From positions 210,001 through 242,000 of the forward strand of contig OY969425.1 of the NCBI GenBank assembly GCA_963699255.1: a DNA stretch of 32,000 nt. The letters are read 5' to 3'. Both the position numbers and the translations under genes were made by a program. The first letter of the stretch is position 1; each line of letters starts with the position of its first letter. The notes under the pieces were generated by a model that worked only from the letters and a program-made list of their open reading frames with translations, made no database searches and had not been told where the DNA came from. Origin of the DNA: an uncultured bacterium (GTDB lineage Bacteria; Margulisbacteria; WOR-1; CAVSGV01). Shown piece after piece: positions 27,858-32,000 of the stretch.

Positions 27858-28628
27858 CTATTTTTTCAGGATGTTGACCGTTTTTGAAGGTGAGAACTCT
27901 ATACTGCGGAAATTTCTGAACAGTTTGACGGGATTGAGATTTTCAATTTCTTCATCTTCAGAGAAAAACAATCCTCCGCACTTCAGGACCCTGTGAACCT
28001 CGGTCAGGGCCTTTTCCATAAAGGACCTGGTCGTTTCTTTGCAGAACAGCTGCAGATATTCGGGATCAAGGAAATTAAGGGAGATCACAAGGTCAAAAAA
28101 TCTGTCATGAAAAAAATCCATTTTGCTCGCATCCCCGCTATAAAAGTTCAGGTCTCCCTTTTTTGCGTATTCAACCGCGACTATATTTTTGTCTATGCCG
28201 TAAGTTTTTGCGTCATAATTATAATGAAGGAAATGCATATACGGGCCCCAGTTAGCTGCCAGCTGCAACACGTTTTTTCCTTTTAGTTTATTGAGTCCAT
28301 AGACGCTCGATATTGCGGTATGAATGTTAGCGAAAGAAATAGTTCCGGTTTCGTAATCGATCGGCCTAAAAAATGGAGAAGAGTTAATGTTCCTTTCCTT
28401 TTGAGAATCTTTTTCCACCATTGCTTCCATTAATTTATCCTGCAAGAACGATGAAATTTGCTTAAGTTCTGTGGCGCTGACGCCGAGCATTTTCGGTATC
28501 TCAGTTAAGGCTTCCTTTACGAAAGTTGGGCGGTAAAGCATAAGCTTGCGGAATGAATTGCCGACCTGTTGAATGGTTCTTTGGGAACACGGGAGCTTTT
28601 TTATTTTGATTCCATCCATTCCGTCCAT
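27858..28628 (-). CDS. Class I SAM-dependent methyltransferase, paralog of 26927..27691
   Basis: LKGKNVLQLAANWGPYMHFLHYNYDAKTYGIDKNIVAVEYAKKGDLNFYSGDASKMDFFHDRFFDLVISLNFLD...EVHRVLKCGGLFFS; alignable to the neighbour over its full length. Confidence 0.82.
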   Translation of the reverse strand: MDGMDGIKIKKLPCSQRTIQQVGNSFRKLMLYRPTFVKEALTEIPKMLGVSATELKQISSFLQDKLMEAMVEKDSQKERNINSSPFFRPIDYETGTISFANIHTAISSVYGLNKLKGKNVLQLAANWGPYMHFLHYNYDAKTYGIDKNIVAVEYAKKGDLNFYSGDASKMDFFHDRFFDLVISLNFLDPEYLQLFCKETTRSFMEKALTEVHRVLKCGGLFFSEDEEIENLNPVKLFRNFRSIEFSPSKTVNILKK

Positions 28629-28701
28629 ATTAAAGGTCTCACCTCATGTATTTATCGGACGGAACGATGAAAAATCCCACGTTTTCGGGAAATTTATAAG
28701 G

Positions 28702-29847
28702 CTAGTATCTGGAGAGTATTTTGAGAAGTTCCTTATGAAGAGAGAAGTTCCCTGTATCCAGGGTTTTGTATAGTTTCTTTTCATCATATTTAAGGATGCC
28801 GTATATATTTTCCATTCCGGGGGTTGTCGAATCCCTGCGGAACATTTCGTGGTTAAATATCCTGTATAACCCGTCCGGCACAAGCATGCCCGCGACGCTC
28901 TTGTATGTCCAGTAGCTCCACGACCAGCCGAATTCCCTGAAAAGGCTTAAGGTGTGCTCAACCCATTTGAGCTCGGCGTTGCATTCGGGACACCTGCTTG
29001 CGACTCCGAACTCGCCGACAAATATCGGGACGTTAGATTTGTTCTGGATATCAAGAAAAGGTTTTAGCAGGTTCTTTATTTCATTTTTGCCGGGGCATTT
29101 GAGCAGGGGGTTCCAATTGAACGTGAAACTGATGGGCTGATAAAAGTGTATGCTCCACGCGAAATTATCATCTTTCGGCGCTTTTATCCCGTCGAAATCC
29201 GCAGCCCACATATTCGGTTCGATAAAGATAATGTGATCGTCCTTGTTCTTTCGGATGGCTCTTATGATCCGCGCGTATAATCCGTTTATCTTGTCGACTT
29301 CAGCCGTTACAGGTTCGTTCAGGATGTCGTAGCCGGCTATTATTTCTTCATTCGCGTATCTTTTTGAGATAGCGTCCCATATGTCCACGGTTTGCCGGAT
29401 GAATTTGCCGTCTTCCCAGAGATCCGCGCTTCCGTCAGAATCGCTGTGCCAGTCGCTGTTCTGCGATCCCGGCGCAGCGTGAAGGTCAAGTATCAGATAT
29501 ACTTTATGCTTTTTGAACCATCGAACGATATTATCCATCAGCTTGAACCCGTTCTTGCTTTTCAGTACCCTGTAGTTGATCGGTAGCCTGGCGCAGTTGA
29601 ACCCGAGCCTCTTGATCCCGGCGACGTCGCTTTCATCGAAAAAGTGCTTCTGGAATTCGGCGGTGAAACGTTCAAGCCCTTTTTTACCGTAAAGAGCCCT
29701 TATTCTGTCCTTGAAAACATGCTCGGGAATGTCCCTGCCGCCCAGCATGTATCCCTCCATCATTAGCCATCCTCCGATGCCGATTGAGCGCAGGACGACT
29801 TCCCGGCCTTTTTCGTCCACTATCTTTTTCCCGCTGGTTTTAAGCAT
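28702..29847 (-). CDS. Glycoside hydrolase family 5-like (cellulase-fold) protein
   Basis: GIKRLGFNCARLPINYRVL; YLILDLHAAPGSQN; AGYDILNEPVTAEV; IFIEPNMW; FVGEFGVAS; SWSYWTYKS. Confidence 0.85.
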   Translation of the reverse strand: MLKTSGKKIVDEKGREVVLRSIGIGGWLMMEGYMLGGRDIPEHVFKDRIRALYGKKGLERFTAEFQKHFFDESDVAGIKRLGFNCARLPINYRVLKSKNGFKLMDNIVRWFKKHKVYLILDLHAAPGSQNSDWHSDSDGSADLWEDGKFIRQTVDIWDAISKRYANEEIIAGYDILNEPVTAEVDKINGLYARIIRAIRKNKDDHIIFIEPNMWAADFDGIKAPKDDNFAWSIHFYQPISFTFNWNPLLKCPGKNEIKNLLKPFLDIQNKSNVPIFVGEFGVASRCPECNAELKWVEHTLSLFREFGWSWSYWTYKSVAGMLVPDGLYRIFNHEMFRRDSTTPGMENIYGILKYDEKKLYKTLDTGNFSLHKELLKILSRY

Positions 29848-29897
29848 TGTTTTTATACTAGCAAAGTAAGTTTATATTGTCTATAATGGGAAAACCG

Positions 29898-29976
29898 GGG
29901 CCCGTGGTGTAGCCTGGTCTAACACGTCTGCCTGTCACGCAGAAGATCGAGGGTTCAAATCCCTTCGGGCCCGCCA
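29898..29976 (+). tRNA. tRNA-Asp(GTC)
   Basis: GGGCCCGTGGTGTAGCCTGGTCTAACACGTCTGCCTGTCACGCAGAAGATCGAGGGTTCAAATCCCTTCGGGCCCGCCA; TATAAT at 29882-29887. Confidence 0.95.
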
Positions 29977-30017
29977 GACTCACAAATGTTTTGGGCCGTG
30001 TTTTAAGGAGGAGATCC

Positions 30018-30500
30018 ATGAAAAAGACAGCTGTGTTTTTGCTCGCATTGTTTTTTTTCGCGACGGCATATGCTCTGAGCAGTTTTCAGGCGGCATATAA
30101 ACCCACGGATTTTCTGTTGAACGATCTGACAGGCAAGCCTATTTCTTCTGCGATATATAAAGGCAAGGCCGTGTTGATGGTGTTTTTCCGGGCGGAGTGT
30201 CCCGGCTGCCAGCAGGAACTCCCTCAGATAGAGCAGCTTTACGAGAAATACAGATCAAAGAAATTCGATGTCCTGGGCGTGAACGTCAGGGAGGACGCTG
30301 ATGTTGTCAGAGCTTTTGCCAGGGACAATAAACTGTCATTCACTGTTATTCTGGATGATGCAGGCGGCCTCGCCTCCGCATATCAGATAAAGTTCATTCC
30401 CAGGATAGTGATCCTGGACAGGTCGGGGAAAATAAGATTCAGTTCTTATGGCATTCCCATGAAGGATATTGAGAAAGAGATAAAGAAAGTTCTAAAATGA
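30018..30500 (+). CDS. Thioredoxin-like (TlpA/ResA-type) secreted disulfide oxidoreductase
   Basis: MKKTAVFLLALFFFATAYALSS signal; KAVLMVFFRAECPGCQQELPQIEQLY (CPGC); strong SD AAGGAGGAG before ATG 30018. Confidence 0.88.
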   Translation: MKKTAVFLLALFFFATAYALSSFQAAYKPTDFLLNDLTGKPISSAIYKGKAVLMVFFRAECPGCQQELPQIEQLYEKYRSKKFDVLGVNVREDADVVRAFARDNKLSFTVILDDAGGLASAYQIKFIPRIVILDRSGKIRFSSYGIPMKDIEKEIKKVLK

Positions 30501-31216
30501 ACTTTTTCGTTGCTTTTCTCGCGGGCCTTTTGACCTTTTTCAGCCCGTGCGTTTTTCCGCTGATACCGTCTTACATATCATATGTTACCGGATTTTCCGT
30601 CGATGACCTCTCGCACGGCGACAAAAAGCTTTTGCTTAAGAGGTCCATATTCGGGTCTTTGAGCTTCATCCTGGGATTCTCGATCATATTTATCCTTATG
30701 GGCATTTCCGCTTCTTTTGCCGGCAGCCTGATTTTTCAATTTCAAAATTACATAAGGGTCGTCGGCGGGGCCGTGATAGTATTCTTCGGATTAGCCATGA
30801 CCGGATTATTGACAATAAGGTCCCTGGAAACAGAAAAAAGGTTCGGCATGAAGAACAAGCCCGTTGGCTATGCGGGCGCGTTGATATTAGGGATGACCTT
30901 TGCGGCGGGGTGGGTGCCGTGCGTCGGGCCGATACTCTCTTCCATCCTGACCATTGCCGCTACTTCCGGCTCGAGATTTTATGGCGGGCTACTTCTGTTT
31001 TCATACTGTTTGGGGCTGGGAAGCCCGATACTCGTGTCCGCGGTAGCGTTTAATTATTTTCTGGCTCTCTACAGGCACATCGTAAAATACCTTAGATTGA
31101 TCTCGGTGGTCAGCGGAGTGCTCTTGATATTTATCGGCCTCCTCCTGATGACAGATAATCTTACCTGGCTTTCCGATCATCTGACCCGTCTTTTCATCTT
31201 CAGCGGAACACATTAA
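30497..31216 (+). CDS. ccdA: Cytochrome c biogenesis protein CcdA (DsbD-like transmembrane)
   Basis: FFVAFLAGLLTFFSPCVFPLIPSYISYVTGF; GMTFAAGWVPCVGPILSSIL; ATGA overlap with the TlpA-like gene. Confidence 0.92.
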   Translation: MNFFVAFLAGLLTFFSPCVFPLIPSYISYVTGFSVDDLSHGDKKLLLKRSIFGSLSFILGFSIIFILMGISASFAGSLIFQFQNYIRVVGGAVIVFFGLAMTGLLTIRSLETEKRFGMKNKPVGYAGALILGMTFAAGWVPCVGPILSSILTIAATSGSRFYGGLLLFSYCLGLGSPILVSAVAFNYFLALYRHIVKYLRLISVVSGVLLIFIGLLLMTDNLTWLSDHLTRLFIFSGTH

Positions 31217-31248
31217 AACACTGAGACAGAGCCACGCGTATCCGTGTA

Positions 31249-31277
31249 TTGTCTAATAGTTGAATTTCTAATATAAT
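31249..31277 (+). promoter_or_regulatory. Promoter of the tRNA-Thr pair
   Basis: TTGTCT (31249-31254), 17-nt spacer, TATAAT (31272-31277), 13 nt before tRNA-Thr(CGT). Confidence 0.6.
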
Positions 31278-31289
31278 GTGGCAGATTCC

Positions 31290-31362
31290 GCCCGTGTAGC
31301 TCAGCTGGTAGAGCAGCTGATTCGTAATCAGCAGGTCGTCGGTTCAATTCCGACCGCGGGCT
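31290..31362 (+). tRNA. tRNA-Thr(CGT)
   Basis: GCCCGTGTAGCTCAGCTGGTAGAGCAGCTGATTCGTAATCAGCAGGTCGTCGGTTCAATTCCGACCGCGGGCT. Confidence 0.95.
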
Positions 31363-31373
31363 TATGTTTTCGC

Positions 31374-31446
31374 GCCGCCGTAGCTCAGCTGGTAGAGCAA
31401 CTGATTTGTAATCAGTAGGTCGGTGGTTCAAATCCACTCGGCGGCT
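31374..31446 (+). tRNA. tRNA-Thr(TGT)
   Basis: GCCGCCGTAGCTCAGCTGGTAGAGCAACTGATTTGTAATCAGTAGGTCGGTGGTTCAAATCCACTCGGCGGCT. Confidence 0.95.
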
Positions 31447-31462
31447 TAGCAATTAAGGAAGA

Positions 31463-31573
31463 ATTAACAATGACACAATTAACAACAATGTAGCCTCGCT
31501 TGCGCTCGGCATTTATTATTTTTATATAATAATTTCATTGTTGTTCATTGTTAATTGAGAAATTGTTAATTTA
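31463..31573. repeat. Inverted repeat with internal GCCTCGCTTGCGCTCGGC palindrome, ending at a start codon
   Basis: Left arm attaacaatgacacaattaacaacaatg; right arm cattgttgttcattgttaattgagaaattgttaat. Confidence 0.65.
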
Positions 31574-32000
31574 TGATTATAAAAACTATCCAGGTCGGAC
31601 AACTAAGGACAAACTGCTACATCGTAGCCCCGGATTGTGCCATACAGGCTTCCTCACGTCGAAGCGGGCGGGCGGGAGAGACAAGAGAAGCCGTGATAAT
31701 CGATCCCGGTGATGAAGCTGAAAAAATTATCGATGTCATGGATTCCGAGAATCTTAGGCCTATACTTATCGTGAACACGCACATTCATCCCGATCATGTG
31801 GGAGGGAATTTCAGGCTGGCCGAGAAATACGGCATCGTCGCGGCGGCCGGCAAGGACGGCATCGATTTTATCGAAGGGATCAAAAAATATTTTGAAGTGT
31901 TCTCGGGCTTGAGCATCGAAAGCCTCGGCATCAAAAGATTCCTGAAGGATGGAGAGATCATAAGGATCGGGGACATTGACTTGAAGGTCATGGAAACGCC
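31574..32000 (+). CDS. Metallo-beta-lactamase-fold hydrolase, partial (runs off the right edge)
   Basis: Manual translation MIIKTIQVGQLRTNCYIVAPDCAIQ...AVIIDPGDEAEKIIDVM...LIVNTHIHPDHVGGNFRLAEKYGI; HxHxDH motif. Confidence 0.88.

Noticed and set aside
29882-29887. TATAAT upstream of tRNA-Asp as a complete promoter
   Set aside because: The -10 is good but no convincing -35 at 17 nt; kept only as tRNA evidence.
31213-31452. Minus-strand ORF MLSRRVDLNHRPTDYKSVALPAELRRR...
   Set aside because: Antisense to tRNA-Thr genes; LNHRPTDYKSVALPAEL is a typical tRNA-derived spurious peptide.
1-32000. CRISPR array, prophage, integrase or defence island
   Set aside because: No regularly spaced direct repeats and no Cas, integrase, terminase, transposase or R-M motifs were seen. 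The HNH protein at 23020 stands alone.

Overview
This 32 kb window looks like the chromosome of an uncultured, diderm-like bacterium. I saw no phage, transposase, CRISPR or restriction genes. Readable content includes: (i) a minus-strand cluster at the left edge, with a HAD-like hydrolase interrupted by a 1-nt frameshift and two divergent GHMP-kinase-like proteins, one a TTG-start frame missing from the ORF track; (ii) an Rrf2 regulator-iscS-iscU-mnmA-nadA run; (iii) a TPR protein, UPF0016 membrane protein and hisG; (iv) AMP-ligase/ACP/PlsC-like acyltransferase; (v) radical SAM protein, hemW-like and a frameshifted lepA; (vi) a beta-barrel-like protein carrying three C-terminal SLH domains; (vii) nitroreductase, RRM protein, maf, dus, flavin reductase, HNH, and a beta-helix lipoprotein; (viii) a minus-strand cluster of a GH5-like hydrolase, two paralogous methyltransferases and a kinase-fold-like protein whose catalytic Asp appears to be Ala; (ix) a TlpA-like/CcdA pair and an edge-truncated MBL-fold hydrolase. 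There are eight tRNA genes (Arg-ACG, Ser-GCT, Ser-TGA, Phe-GAA, Lys-TTT, Asp-GTC, Thr-CGT, Thr-TGT) and several families of small intergenic inverted repeats, many next to tRNAs. The best candidates for undescribed biology are the two minus-strand clusters of divergent proteins and the barrel+SLH protein. All family calls are by eye from motifs, not by search.
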